DNA of 64,000 bases, from assembly GCA_965541585.1 (NCBI GenBank), contig CBEUCH010000005.1, positions 64,001-128,000 on the forward strand, given 5' to 3'. Below the pieces are notes generated by a model. That model saw only the letters and a list, made by a program, of their open reading frames with translations, did not search any database and was not told the origin of the DNA. The position numbers and the translations under genes were made by a program. Origin of the DNA: an uncultured bacterium (lineage in GTDB: Bacteria > Zixibacteria > MSB-5A5 > UBA10806). Positions 50,201 through 60,470 of this stretch are shown here, piece by piece (the stretch's first letter is position 1; each line of letters starts with the position of its first letter).

Positions 50201-51947
50201 AACGAGGAAATTCCGCTAAATTAATTCTGGAAACATCGGGGGCATGAACTCCCTCTCGCCTCCTGCTATAAAACGAGGCCAGTTCTGTATCACCACTTTC
50301 GTTAATATTCAATAGTATCATGCAATAAGTAGCACCCGCATAATCGGTCAACCGGTGAGCTACAATCGACAGGACCGATGGCAGATCGAGAGTAGACGAT
50401 ATTGCTACCGATATTTCCTGCAGAATACCGCTTCCTTCTGAGCGGGTGCGCTTTTCCTTCTCGAGCAGGGCGCCGTAGGCAAGGATTGCCAGCAACTCCA
50501 GAGACAGACCGCTGAGGCTTTCCAGAAATCGATCGCTGGACTCCTCTTCAGTAGAAGCCAATACTAATGTGGCAACATCCTGCGCCTTAAATCTGAGGGG
50601 GAAGGCATAGATGCTTCTATAGATCGAAGAAATACCCGCTATGTTTTTTTCCGCAGATTGCCCCAGAAAATCCCCGAGGCTCACCCCGGATCCCTGCTTC
50701 TGGGCAGCTTTGAGGAGCCCTGAGCCTTTCGGGTTATTCGTCAGCGTATGAATCAATTCCTTATTCACATTGTATTTGCCAAGCAAAATAGACGAGCCGT
50801 CTGACGGTTCAGGCGCCAGCACAATCCCTCCGCAACCCGGGATGCCCCGCAGAAGCACCTCTAATATCTCATTGAGAGACCTCCCCTCGAAGCCTTTCTC
50901 CTCAATCACTTCCAGCGTCATGCCTATCTGCTCGAGGTTTTTCCTGAGATTCACCCTGTCAGCCACGTTATCCTCGGCGAGATTGAATAATTCCGCCATT
51001 TCCGGCATATACTTTTCAACGATCTGTTGGTCGCGGCGGAAAATCTCAACGCCGGATTTTTCTTTTTTAAGCAATCTGCATAACGCATCGGAATGATTGG
51101 AAAAGGACTCGAAATACCTGACGAGCAAATAGCCGAATATTAATATGCCCAGAAGAGGTAAAAAGACCAATACTGTTACCTCCCACCTCCAGATGTCCAG
51201 GTATACAGAAGATCGGGGAGCTTTTTTGATATCTACCAGGCCGACCTCGGTATTATCGGAGGTGATCAATGGTATGGAGAATGTGGACTCTGATTCGGTT
51301 CTAGTCAGGCCTGCGCCGGCTGAGCTATATAGTTCTATATCGACAATTCGTTTATCCTGATCCAGAACCTCATAGATGTATTCTCTGGGAAAGGCCAATA
51401 TCAAATAGCCCATATCGTCCCTTCTGCCCGTCAGATGTTTGAGATCACCATAAATCAACGTATATAACCTGTTTCTATAGAGGATCTGACTTGAATTGCT
51501 CCCGGAATTTTCGAATCTTCGAAATTCCTCCGGAATCAGAGCTTCGATACGATTATGGTTATATGAGTATATCCTTCCGCTCTCATCCTGATACCAGATT
51601 CGCGTCTTATCGAGGCCGGCTCGGCTCAATCCGCTGCCGATGTATGAAATTGCCTCCGAATAGCCTGATCCGGCCTCAATCCTGTCGGAAAAGGCCGAGG
51701 CGAGATCGTTGATGATACTATCCGCATATATCGCGGCAAGCTCGTCCAGCCCCTCAAGATATTGTACCGTTTCTTTCCTCGATTGATCTTCAATCCTCTC
51801 CAGGACTGACATACCGTATTGCAGAAACGTTACAATCGAGGTGGCCGCAATTATAAAACCAACAATGATAACCTTTTTGAAAAGGGTCTTGTGCGATCGT
51901 ATGATCTTCATAAATATCTGCGGGAGGCTGCTACCTGTTTCCGGCAT
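47232..51947 (-). CDS. Membrane-bound multi-GAF hybrid histidine kinase
   Basis: Two TMs, about five GAF repeats (QAASAIENARLY, QIAVAMEKARLF, ILAVAIDNSYLF, IAWQNAHLY), VVHDFNNIL, HATPase and receiver. Start may be ~51910. Confidence 0.92.
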   Translation of the reverse strand: MPETGSSLPQIFMKIIRSHKTLFKKVIIVGFIIAATSIVTFLQYGMSVLERIEDQSRKETVQYLEGLDELAAIYADSIINDLASAFSDRIEAGSGYSEAISYIGSGLSRAGLDKTRIWYQDESGRIYSYNHNRIEALIPEEFRRFENSGSNSSQILYRNRLYTLIYGDLKHLTGRRDDMGYLILAFPREYIYEVLDQDKRIVDIELYSSAGAGLTRTESESTFSIPLITSDNTEVGLVDIKKAPRSSVYLDIWRWEVTVLVFLPLLGILIFGYLLVRYFESFSNHSDALCRLLKKEKSGVEIFRRDQQIVEKYMPEMAELFNLAEDNVADRVNLRKNLEQIGMTLEVIEEKGFEGRSLNEILEVLLRGIPGCGGIVLAPEPSDGSSILLGKYNVNKELIHTLTNNPKGSGLLKAAQKQGSGVSLGDFLGQSAEKNIAGISSIYRSIYAFPLRFKAQDVATLVLASTEEESSDRFLESLSGLSLELLAILAYGALLEKEKRTRSEGSGILQEISVAISSTLDLPSVLSIVAHRLTDYAGATYCMILLNINESGDTELASFYSRRREGVHAPDVSRINLAEFPRLAEVIRTKRATVLGSQDIAELSSEERAFFCTDTIKSLTILPISHSAKFIGSIILGEERSGARGATSSEELNFIQALASQAASAIENARLYGFIRQKVDQLTASFNVSAAINSEIDVDSMLAKVLEATGDFLDNTSSVIFGVDEGKRTLKPLSFRGLNPVAGTESGLPVKSDTIPGLAASTGEAVIIDDTRLDSHLKSSFPETLSELAVPIKIGEKVIGVFSVGSEARNNFSSRDEDFLQSLAAQIAVAMEKARLFEQERKRSHRLKTIFEFSRKTSESLNLQEVLKLAVDSIQAAFGYHLVAIFLIDNDCGRFFVAQQAAATEKKVPSDFTVDLDNGLLGRAVGARKTLYCADVRTDPNYILAIDEVRSEVCIPIIAADNVLGVLDVESMYADNFAADDINILETLADILAVAIDNSYLFKETMEKAERLGLIDKINTAISAALDLDSFFNVVAKAVADNAGYKWTLLVVPDGDTFSCKAGYSPRSLGDIFPGPVLEILSDKLHQVFSSGKPEFVSFKELTGLGGPEKLQPVVDAGIRHLALLPIGNNDKSEAILTVGGSRSDGFTPQELSLLNDLAVHLRIAWQNAHLYKQLKTAYRQLQDAQERMVQTEKLRALGEMSSGVVHDFNNILAAILGRVQLMIRKMDTAEDHPYKKSFGKNLDVIEKAAMDGSHILSRISEFTKKKPTEKFVDLFIDQIIADVIELTRPRWHDHARASGKKIAVEFHRSGSLQTTGSPSELREVFTNLIINAVDAIPQEGKISIDASIENENLIRIVVEDNGQGMSDETKKKIFEPFFTTKGEHGTGLGLSVTYGIVNRHGGKIDVESSAGRGTTITITIPRRSDSPEKPMMLQDDNDQTANSSILIVDDEEGLVEVLTEILESTGYQVEAVASGAAALEVMARKRYDLLITDLGMDGISGWDLADAVYETYRDMKVVVATGWGAQVEPGNLSAHHVNGLIKKPFKINEILQILSDVLKCGRDEVLIEQV

Positions 51948-54012
51948 CCACTCCCGCGGTTATGTTATGTATCTTATTGGCGTTGCGCTGGATTATATCG
52001 ACAAAACGATCAACCTCGGAAATATCTTCGGGAGGGCAGCTCTTAAGATATTCACATGATGCTATAATGCCGGCCAATGGCCCGTTTACTCTAGATTTAA
52101 CGCTAAGACTCCCGCCCTTCCGGGCGGAGGCTTGTGAAGCAACGTTTTGCCGCAAAGTGAGCTTTCGGCTCCCCGCTGAGCTGGCCCTGGACATCCATTT
52201 TTCCTTGTGCAGGGTCAGGGCCATGGAGATCAATCCCGCAATGGATAAGACGAACATCGAAGGGCCTCCTGCCAGCGACGATCTCTCCATCTGCCGTGAT
52301 TCCCCGACAGTCAACAGTCCAACCACCCTCTCCCCCATGTTTAGAGGAATTATCAAACCATGTTTGATACCGGACGGCAATATCATGGCATTCTCTTCAG
52401 ACGAGATCTTGTCCTTTGAATCTCCACAGCCGAATCTGATGCTTTTGCCTTCAAAAAGCGCTTTGCGGTGTAATGGGACATCAGTTAATGAGATCGCGGG
52501 GATTTTCGCTGCCAGCCACCTGAGGTCCCGGGCCTGGGCCCATGCAGCGGTCTTAAAGATCTTGCGGTCTCGATCGACAAGCATTACCCGGCAAAAGGTC
52601 GACGGCGTTAGACCAGCTATCAGCCAGGCTAACTCCTTGAGCAACTCAGGAAGATCCTTCGATGATATGGCCTTTTCCTGATAATACTGCAGCGCTCCGA
52701 GCCATTGCCCCGACTGATCTTCGAGTTTCGCCGCCCGTTCCTTTTCGAGACACTCAGAAACTTTCTGCCTTATAGCTGCTCCCAACAAAGGAAGATACGA
52801 TGATCTGCTGGCTGGCGATAATAGCTCGATCTTTAGATGAGCGAGCGGATCTTTGCCGTCGCAGATCGGAAGCAGATAGGATCTTTGATCATCATGAATC
52901 AAGATATCCTTTGATATATTTCTATATCCGCCCGGTTTGGTGGCGCCCGAATGGAACTCTGGATATTCATTCTCCGGAAAATGTCCGGTTCTCACCGTTA
53001 CGGTTCCCCCGGTGGGAAGATTAAAATCGAGTGAGTGTGGTTTGCCGTTATCGTGGATATATAGACAAATCTGCCTGAAAGGAACGTAGCTGTGTATAAG
53101 TTTGGCGGACTTGACCAAGGCCGAGATAAGCGATTCTCCGTTATCGAAAGGCTTGGCGGCCAGGAGGAGCATCTCCTTATACCGGGCTTCGAGACGGTAA
53201 TTCTTTTCTGCTATATCCCCCTTCAGCGTCGCACCGAGACCATTGCAGACTATCCCTGCAAGATCTAAATCATCGCTGTTGAAATCTCGCTGGAAAGTCC
53301 TGTAGACCGTGAGTATGGCTAACGTTTCACTGCCGGATCTAACGGGTACGCAGATGGCGGTGACCACCGGGCCGCTCAACGTTTCCAGCTTAGCTCCTGC
53401 GGACAATTCATGATCGCCGTCGAGGATCATAGCCTGGGCGGATCTTTTTGATGCGCAGTAAAGGTTATCCTCGCCCTTCGGATTCTCAATGGCGTTTGCT
53501 GAGGCGGACGCAAAACCTCGCTCGAAAATGAGGTTAAGACAACCATCCTCCCACACTTGATGGAGGCTTATGGCCTGGCATGATAATATGCTCAACAAAT
53601 CCTCGGTCACGTCTTCCAATAACCGATTCGGCCCCCGGTTTTCTATCAGCGATGACGATACTTTTCCACTAATCCACTTTCCACTGGTCGTCGGCAAGAG
53701 ATTGCCGCGATGATCGAAATAGTCTCTTGCCCATTGAATCGTTCCCCAGATTATCAAAACCGAACCGAGCACGTAGCCCAGCAAGGTCTCAAGATAAAAA
53801 GCGATTCCGGACTCTGAAAACGAGCCGATTGAAAAACCAATCCTGTGGGTGATACCTACTGCGGCCCCGGCAATAATTAATATGAATCCTGCTCGTAGCT
53901 TATTGAGAGCGGCCAAACCGATACCAGCATGGCGAAGGTCAAGCCTGAAAAACAGCAATAAGGCTGCCCCGCCGGCCATAAACCAAACCAACTTTTGCTG
54001 AATGATATCCAT
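51931..54012 (-). CDS. Membrane GAF-domain protein ending in a degenerate HisKA helix
   Basis: Three N-terminal TMs and GAF domains. C-terminal SRVNGPLAGIIASCEYL lacks the His, and there is no HATPase domain. Confidence 0.75.
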   Translation of the reverse strand: MDIIQQKLVWFMAGGAALLLFFRLDLRHAGIGLAALNKLRAGFILIIAGAAVGITHRIGFSIGSFSESGIAFYLETLLGYVLGSVLIIWGTIQWARDYFDHRGNLLPTTSGKWISGKVSSSLIENRGPNRLLEDVTEDLLSILSCQAISLHQVWEDGCLNLIFERGFASASANAIENPKGEDNLYCASKRSAQAMILDGDHELSAGAKLETLSGPVVTAICVPVRSGSETLAILTVYRTFQRDFNSDDLDLAGIVCNGLGATLKGDIAEKNYRLEARYKEMLLLAAKPFDNGESLISALVKSAKLIHSYVPFRQICLYIHDNGKPHSLDFNLPTGGTVTVRTGHFPENEYPEFHSGATKPGGYRNISKDILIHDDQRSYLLPICDGKDPLAHLKIELLSPASRSSYLPLLGAAIRQKVSECLEKERAAKLEDQSGQWLGALQYYQEKAISSKDLPELLKELAWLIAGLTPSTFCRVMLVDRDRKIFKTAAWAQARDLRWLAAKIPAISLTDVPLHRKALFEGKSIRFGCGDSKDKISSEENAMILPSGIKHGLIIPLNMGERVVGLLTVGESRQMERSSLAGGPSMFVLSIAGLISMALTLHKEKWMSRASSAGSRKLTLRQNVASQASARKGGSLSVKSRVNGPLAGIIASCEYLKSCPPEDISEVDRFVDIIQRNANKIHNITAGVDAGNR

Positions 54013-54130
54013 ATCTTACCTCGAACTGATCCTCTATGCCGATCTTTTTATTCAGATTATCGACCTTTTCAGGGCATTATTAAGGGGCTTTGATCTTGAC
54101 TTCTAATGATCTATGGGGTAATATTGAGCC

Positions 54131-55096
54131 GTGATTTCGGGTAGATTTCCGCTTCTTTTTATTCTCGCACCGGCCCTGATAGCAATTTCCTGCACAGATC
54201 CGCTTAAAGAACCACCGGGAGGCATTTCGGGTAAGGTATTCCTCGAACCTGACCTTCCCCCCGGCGAAGGCTGGGCCTACGTTCGGCTCTTCAATGATTT
54301 TGCCGATGATACAACCAGATCTGACCCCGACACTCATGAATTCGCATTCGACGATCTGAGAGTGGGGGATCTTGTAACCGAATACAATATAGAAGCTTTC
54401 AGGGAGGGATACATAACCCACCGTAATATAGTCCTGATACGGGCCGGGGCTACCCTCGTCAATTATGACATAACTTTGCTTCGAGGATCAAAAAGAGATA
54501 CTACATTTCAGGATGGCGTTGATCCCGATCCGAATTACGCAGGATGCCTTGATACTTATATTTCCACTCCCGATTCAACTGCGGTACACGGACTGGAGGA
54601 TCAATTGATTATAGCCGGAGGTCATCCTGATTCATTAGGTAGGGGATTGATCTATTTCGCTTTCTTCTGGCCCCAGTATTATCCTCCAATGGATACGCTG
54701 GAAATGGCAATTGATTCTGCTGTGCTGAGTCTTTTTGTTGATTCGGTAGAGACGGCTGCGCTTGTGAATGTTGCCATTTTCAATCTGGAGCATTTTTTCG
54801 ATGAGGATGCTGCCAGCTGGGCCTCAAACGGCGGTAACCCGTGGCCCGACGGTCCCGGTGGATCCTCTGGTGGGCTTTCCTCCGATACCCTGATTTTGAG
54901 ATCTTCGTCATTTGGTTGGCGTGATTTCTCTATCGAAGGAATTGCGGATGAATGGCTCGCATCAACTCGCCCGGCCGCCATGATGATCAAGCTGGTCGAT
55001 GAATCCGGGCGTGGTACCGTTTTCTTCCGGTCATCCGACAGCGATTCATTAGCGCTTCGCCCCAGGTTACGTTTAGCGATAAATTATTTGCAATAA
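54131..55096 (+). CDS. Lipoprotein with DNRLRE-like C-terminal domain
   Basis: Lipobox AISC; FQDG...Y.G..DTYI, A.L.L, F.SSD....RPRL pattern. Confidence 0.7.
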   Translation: MISGRFPLLFILAPALIAISCTDPLKEPPGGISGKVFLEPDLPPGEGWAYVRLFNDFADDTTRSDPDTHEFAFDDLRVGDLVTEYNIEAFREGYITHRNIVLIRAGATLVNYDITLLRGSKRDTTFQDGVDPDPNYAGCLDTYISTPDSTAVHGLEDQLIIAGGHPDSLGRGLIYFAFFWPQYYPPMDTLEMAIDSAVLSLFVDSVETAALVNVAIFNLEHFFDEDAASWASNGGNPWPDGPGGSSGGLSSDTLILRSSSFGWRDFSIEGIADEWLASTRPAAMMIKLVDESGRGTVFFRSSDSDSLALRPRLRLAINYLQ

Positions 55097-55119
55097 CAAT
55101 ATTCCATCAGGGAGTCTGT

Positions 55120-57135
55120 ATGGCGGAACAAAACTTCGAACCGTATATCAAGCACGATCAGCAATTACCGGAGATTACCTGGAAGTCGGTGATTATAGGC
55201 ACGCTCCTGGGAATCGTATTCGCCTGGGCCAACGCCTATGTAGGATTGATCTCGGGACTAACGATATCGGCTTCGATTCCGGTTTCGGTGATGTCGGTTG
55301 CCCTGTTCGCCCTTTTGCACAAGGTTTTCAAAACCAGTAAAGGTTCGCCGCTCGAAACGAATATGTCGCAGACGATAGGCTCAGCCGGAGAGTCACTGGC
55401 CGCAGGCGTTATCTTCACGATCCCGGCAATGTTTATGCTGGGATGGAATCCGGAATACGGCATGCAGGTCATCACCATAACCATAATCGCTGCCATCGGG
55501 GGAATCCTGGGCGTTACGTTTATGATCCCTCTGAGGAAATATCTTATCAAGAAGGAACATAAAGTTCTGCCGTTTCCGGAAGGCACCGCCTGCGCCGAAG
55601 TAATAAAGTCGGCTGACATTGGCGGAGCATCGGCGGGGTATGTTTTCGGCGGGCTTGGAGTGGGCGCGCTTATCGAGCTATTGAGAAACGGATTTTCGGC
55701 CTTTGCGGGAACGATCGAGTTACCCATCATATTCTTTAAAAACATGCTCGTTACCCTGGAAACCAATCCGGCCCTGCTGGGAGTCGGATATATCCTGAAG
55801 CGACGAATTTCGTCAATCATGGTGGCCGGCGGCGCAATTGCCTGGATAATCCTGATCCCTGTAATAGCCGCTTTCGGGGACAGCTGGGGGATGTTTCGAT
55901 TCTTAAACGAAAATGCCGTAAGCGCTCTCGCTGCCAACGGTATTGCCAGTATCGGCGATATGGCCGCCGGGGACATCTGGAACCACTTCATCCGCTATAT
56001 CGGCGCCGGCGCAGTGGCGTTTGGAGGAATTATCACATTAATCCGTTCCATCCCCACGATCGTGGAATCATTCAGACTCGGCTCCAGAGAGCTCATGGCC
56101 GGCTCCAGGGGATCCGAAAGTCTCAGAACTGACAGAGATCTCTCCATCAAGCTTGTGATGTGGATATCGATCGGCATGGTTGTGATCCTCGGTATCGGGA
56201 TCGCATTCGGATTGGAACAGATTTCGGGCCTCACTGCTGCTTTGGCTGCTCTTCTGGTGGTCATATTCTCGTTTTTCTTTGTCACGGTCGCCTCAAGAAT
56301 AGTGGGACTCGTAGGTTCGACATCGTCACCCGTATCAGGTATGACAATCGCCACTCTGCTGGGGACATCGATAATCTTCGTCCTCTTCGGGTTGACGTCG
56401 GGGCCGGCAAAAATCGCCGCCCTGACGATCGGCGCCGTGGTCTGCATGGCGGCCTGCACATCGGGAGACGCCTCGCAGGATCTGAAAACCGGTTTTCTTA
56501 TAGGCGCTACGCCGCGACGGCAGCAGTTAGGGGAGATGCTGGGAGTCCTGACCTCAGCGGCAGTGCTTGGATTTACGTTGATCATGCTGTATAACGCCTA
56601 CGGATTCGCAGAGGCACCATCGCCCATAACCGGCAAGGCGGAATTGCCCGCCCCGCAGGCTACGTTGATGAGCTTTGTGGTTAGAGGAGTTATAGATCAG
56701 AACATTCCATGGGCCCTGGTGGCAATCGGCGCCATTATCGCCGCCATCTTCGAACTGTTCAAGATACCGTCGCTGCCGGCAGCGGTGGGGCTCTATCTTC
56801 CGCTGGAAACCACCACGCCAATTTTCCTGGGCGGGCTCTTGCGGCATTTCCGCGACAAGGCTTCCGGCGAAAAAGCATCGGAGACCGATAACGGTGTGTT
56901 GTTCTCATCGGGATTGGTGGCCGGCGTTGGCGTCATTGGGATCCTTCTGGCGGTGACGGCTATTATCCCGATGGCCGGCGGGAACTTCCTGCTCGATGCC
57001 ATGCGTCTTCCCCTGGCAGCCATGTGGGAGTTTCTCCCCCTCGGCGAGCCTCTCTCGATGGTGCTAGCAACAATAATTTTCGCAATACTGTCCGTATCTT
57101 TGTTTAGATTAGCCAAACCTCGAATGAAAAAATAA
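55120..57135 (+). CDS. OPT family oligopeptide transporter
   Basis: NAYVGL..G.T.SASIP, QTIGSAGE, FPEGTACAEV, SSPVSG, QDLKTG, APQA.LM. Confidence 0.93.
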   Translation: MAEQNFEPYIKHDQQLPEITWKSVIIGTLLGIVFAWANAYVGLISGLTISASIPVSVMSVALFALLHKVFKTSKGSPLETNMSQTIGSAGESLAAGVIFTIPAMFMLGWNPEYGMQVITITIIAAIGGILGVTFMIPLRKYLIKKEHKVLPFPEGTACAEVIKSADIGGASAGYVFGGLGVGALIELLRNGFSAFAGTIELPIIFFKNMLVTLETNPALLGVGYILKRRISSIMVAGGAIAWIILIPVIAAFGDSWGMFRFLNENAVSALAANGIASIGDMAAGDIWNHFIRYIGAGAVAFGGIITLIRSIPTIVESFRLGSRELMAGSRGSESLRTDRDLSIKLVMWISIGMVVILGIGIAFGLEQISGLTAALAALLVVIFSFFFVTVASRIVGLVGSTSSPVSGMTIATLLGTSIIFVLFGLTSGPAKIAALTIGAVVCMAACTSGDASQDLKTGFLIGATPRRQQLGEMLGVLTSAAVLGFTLIMLYNAYGFAEAPSPITGKAELPAPQATLMSFVVRGVIDQNIPWALVAIGAIIAAIFELFKIPSLPAAVGLYLPLETTTPIFLGGLLRHFRDKASGEKASETDNGVLFSSGLVAGVGVIGILLAVTAIIPMAGGNFLLDAMRLPLAAMWEFLPLGEPLSMVLATIIFAILSVSLFRLAKPRMKK

Positions 57136-57156
57136 TCGAATAAACAGGTAACGCTT

Positions 57157-58449
57157 ATGCGCAACAAAACAATTGTTTTAACGATTCTATTCTTCGGGAT
57201 ATTCCTATCCCGGCCGCTCGCCGCATCTCAACCCATACTCATAAAAGGCGGCACTGTCATCACTGTCTCTGACGGCATCATCGAAAACGGCGATGTGCTT
57301 TTAAAGGACGGCAAAATCGAGAAGGTCGGGAAAAACATTAAACCGCCCGGGAATGCACGGGTTATTGACGCTGCGGGTAAATTTGTCATGCCCGGTATCA
57401 TTGATGCCCATTCTCATATAGGAGTCTACTCATGGCCGGGCGTTCCTGCGCACAGGGATGGCAACGAAGCCACCGATCCGATTACGCCGCAGGTCAGAGC
57501 CGAGGATTCCTTCAATGCCGATGATCCCGCCATCAAGCGCGCCGTTGCGGGCGGAGTGACCACCATACAGTCGCTGCCAGGTTCGGCCAACCTGATCGGA
57601 GGACAGACGTTCGTTCTGAAATTGAAACCCGGTCTCACCGCCCAGCAGATGAAAATAAAAAACGCTCCTCCGGGAATGAAAATGGCTCTGGGTGAGAATC
57701 CCAAGCGGGTCTATGGGCGCCGCAATAAGATGCCATCGACCAGGATGGGCAATTTCGCCATGATGAGAGAGTGGTTCACTAAAGCGAACAATTACATGCG
57801 AAAATTGGAACGAGCCGAAAGAAAGAAAAATAGCAAAGAGAGAGAAGACGAGCCCCCGGACCGCAATCTCAGGCTGGAGGCTTTAAGCGATGTTCTCAAG
57901 GGAAAAGTTCTGGTTCATGTGCACTGCTATACGAAAGATGAGATGCTGAAGATGATTGAAATAGCCGATGAATTCGGATTCGAGATTAGAACCTTCGAGC
58001 ATACTCTCGAGGGTTATAAGATCGCCGATACCCTGGCTGCTCGTGGCATAGCCGCCTGCACCTGGACCGATTGGTGGGGTTTCAAGATCGAGGCCTTCGA
58101 TGGCATCCCGCATTCCCCCGGCATAATGGCTTCCAAAGGGGTCCGCGTGGTTTTTCATTCGGATTCGGGCAACCAGATTCAGAGGCTATGGCTGGATGCT
58201 GCCAAAGCCGTAAGATACGGCATGGACAGGCAGAAAGCTTTCGAGGCGTTGACCATCAATCCTGCTTGGGCTCTGGGGCTTGAAGACCGGATTGGCTCGA
58301 TCGAGAAAGGCAAGGACGCCGATATCGCCATATTCTCCGGTCACCCTTTCAACATCTATACATTAGTCGAGATGACTATCGTCGATGGCGAAATCGTTTT
58401 CGACAGGGCAGAGGAGCCATCTTTGCTGGAGGCCGGTTATGAGAACTAA
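57157..58449 (+). CDS. Secreted amidohydrolase family protein
   Basis: PGIIDAHSH, KMALGENPK, HCY, EH, HSD, GSIE.GKDAD. Confidence 0.92.
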   Translation: MRNKTIVLTILFFGIFLSRPLAASQPILIKGGTVITVSDGIIENGDVLLKDGKIEKVGKNIKPPGNARVIDAAGKFVMPGIIDAHSHIGVYSWPGVPAHRDGNEATDPITPQVRAEDSFNADDPAIKRAVAGGVTTIQSLPGSANLIGGQTFVLKLKPGLTAQQMKIKNAPPGMKMALGENPKRVYGRRNKMPSTRMGNFAMMREWFTKANNYMRKLERAERKKNSKEREDEPPDRNLRLEALSDVLKGKVLVHVHCYTKDEMLKMIEIADEFGFEIRTFEHTLEGYKIADTLAARGIAACTWTDWWGFKIEAFDGIPHSPGIMASKGVRVVFHSDSGNQIQRLWLDAAKAVRYGMDRQKAFEALTINPAWALGLEDRIGSIEKGKDADIAIFSGHPFNIYTLVEMTIVDGEIVFDRAEEPSLLEAGYEN

Positions 58450-59749
58450 GATTATTTTAGCAATATCTCTGGTGCTGACTCTTGCAGTTGGCGCCCAGGC
58501 CTGGATTCTGGCGATTAAGGGCGGAAAAATCTTCACCATGTCTAATGGCATTATTGAGGACGGTATCATTATCATCGAGAACAATCGCATTGCGGATGTC
58601 GGTAAGGATATCGAGATACCGCCGGGAGCGGAGATAATCGATGCCGCGGAAAGTATCATCACACCGGGTTTATTTGATGCTTACAACCAGCTTGGGCTAA
58701 TCGAGATCAGCCTGACAGAGTCAACGGTTGATACCGAGGAAAAATCCAAACCGCTTACGCCGGAAGTCAGAGTCATCGACGCCATCAACACTCAATCCAA
58801 ACTTATCCCGATTACCCGGATCGAGGGAGTGACAACCGTCCTCTCGGCTCCCGGAACCGGCAACGTTATAGCAGGTCAGAGCGCTGTTATCGATCTATTC
58901 GGTTCAACCGTGAAAGAAATGATCGTAAAGGAGCCGGCCGCCCTGCATTTCAATTTCGGCGAGAGCCCAACCAGCAACTGGCGCAACCGGAAAAAGATCG
59001 ATACCAGAATGGGATTGGTAGCCATGCTCAGGCAAGCACTTATCGCTGCCCAGGAATACAAAAATGAATGGACCGAATATGAAACTGAGTTGAAGGAATA
59101 CAAAGACAACCAGAATCTTCCGAAAAAGAAAAGAAAAAAAGACCTGAAAGAACCCGAATTACCGGAACGCGATCTCGGTAAAGAAGCGATCGTTTTAGCC
59201 CTTAACCAGACCATACCGGCTATTGCCTCGGCCAGGAGAAAAGATGACATCCTGGCTGCCGTCAGCGTGGCCGAGGAATTCGGCCTTGAGCTTATCGTTC
59301 TGCACGGGACGGAAGCCTACAAGGTTGCTGATATCCTTAGAAAAAAGGATATACATGTCCTGCTTGGTCCGATCACTACACAGCCATCGTCCATGGAGAA
59401 TCTCGGAGCTATCTACGAGAATGCCGCCCTGCTTGACAAAGCGGGTGTGAAGTTTGCGATAATTTCGGGCAGCACTCACAATTCCAGAGATCTGAGATTC
59501 CAGGCGGGGATTGCGGCCCAGTATGGACTCTCCTTTTCCACGGCCCTGAAGGCCATAACCATCTATCCGGCGCAGATCCTCGGTGTTGATCCGGAGCTGG
59601 GCTCAATTGAGCCGGGCAAGATCGCTAATATAGCTATCTTCGATGGCGATCCGTTGCAGCCCCTGACCAGAGTCACCGATGTCATAATAGAGGGCCGCCG
59701 GATACCGATGAAATCGCATCAGACCGAGTTATTTGAGAAATACCGCTGA
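58439..59749 (+). CDS. Secreted amidohydrolase-like protein lacking most metal ligands
   Basis: Paralog of the upstream gene; PGLFDAYNQ replaces DAHSH. Start MRTKII at 58439. Confidence 0.88.
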   Translation: MRTKIILAISLVLTLAVGAQAWILAIKGGKIFTMSNGIIEDGIIIIENNRIADVGKDIEIPPGAEIIDAAESIITPGLFDAYNQLGLIEISLTESTVDTEEKSKPLTPEVRVIDAINTQSKLIPITRIEGVTTVLSAPGTGNVIAGQSAVIDLFGSTVKEMIVKEPAALHFNFGESPTSNWRNRKKIDTRMGLVAMLRQALIAAQEYKNEWTEYETELKEYKDNQNLPKKKRKKDLKEPELPERDLGKEAIVLALNQTIPAIASARRKDDILAAVSVAEEFGLELIVLHGTEAYKVADILRKKDIHVLLGPITTQPSSMENLGAIYENAALLDKAGVKFAIISGSTHNSRDLRFQAGIAAQYGLSFSTALKAITIYPAQILGVDPELGSIEPGKIANIAIFDGDPLQPLTRVTDVIIEGRRIPMKSHQTELFEKYR

Positions 59750-59816
59750 TCGAGCGTTTCTCTGAAAAAAATCGAATTTTGAGCGAATAAAACCGCTACT
59801 GACGGGTATCTGCGTC

Positions 59817-60470
59817 GTGGAAGGGACAAAGGATTTTGCGATGAATGGATACCCGCTAAAAATAGCCGGAATGAGTGTTCAGGAAATGATCCGATCCTCG
59901 ACCGCTGAAATAGAAATCAGCGATAACGCTCTGATTCGCCAGACGCTTGGCGGTAAAGTTAAATCCTTCAGGAAACTCGTTCAGAAGTATCAGAGACAAG
60001 CCGTTCTATTCGCTCGCGGCATGGTCGGCAATCCCGATGACGCTTACGATCTGTCGCAGGAAGCGTTTGTCAGAGTTTATAAACACCTGAACAGATTCGA
60101 TTCGTCGTATCCGTTCAAAGTATGGTTTTTTCATATACTCTCCAATCTCTGCAAGAATCACTTAAGACAGAGAAAGAACCGTCAGGCGGTGACAACGTCG
60201 ACAGAGATGACTGAGACGGCGGCGGCGCCGGAATCCCGGAGACCGGATATAGCATTCCAGAAAACCGAGGTTCAGCAAAAGGTATGGGAGGGGATCGGGG
60301 AGCTCCCTGAGAAGTTCAGGGAAATCATCATCCTCTGCCATTTCCAGGATATGTCATATGAGCAGATGGCCAACGTCCTTGATATTCCCCGGGGTTCGGT
60401 CATGTCGAGACTTTATTACGCGCGGCAGAAGCTACGAAAGATCCTGGAAAACAAGGGGGTGGCGTTATGA
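59817..60470 (+). CDS. ECF RNA polymerase sigma factor
   Basis: DAYDLSQEAF, F..W...I..N.C, LP...R.....SYEQMA..L.IP.GSVMSRL..AR. Exact start uncertain. Confidence 0.92.
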   Translation: MEGTKDFAMNGYPLKIAGMSVQEMIRSSTAEIEISDNALIRQTLGGKVKSFRKLVQKYQRQAVLFARGMVGNPDDAYDLSQEAFVRVYKHLNRFDSSYPFKVWFFHILSNLCKNHLRQRKNRQAVTTSTEMTETAAAPESRRPDIAFQKTEVQQKVWEGIGELPEKFREIIILCHFQDMSYEQMANVLDIPRGSVMSRLYYARQKLRKILENKGVAL

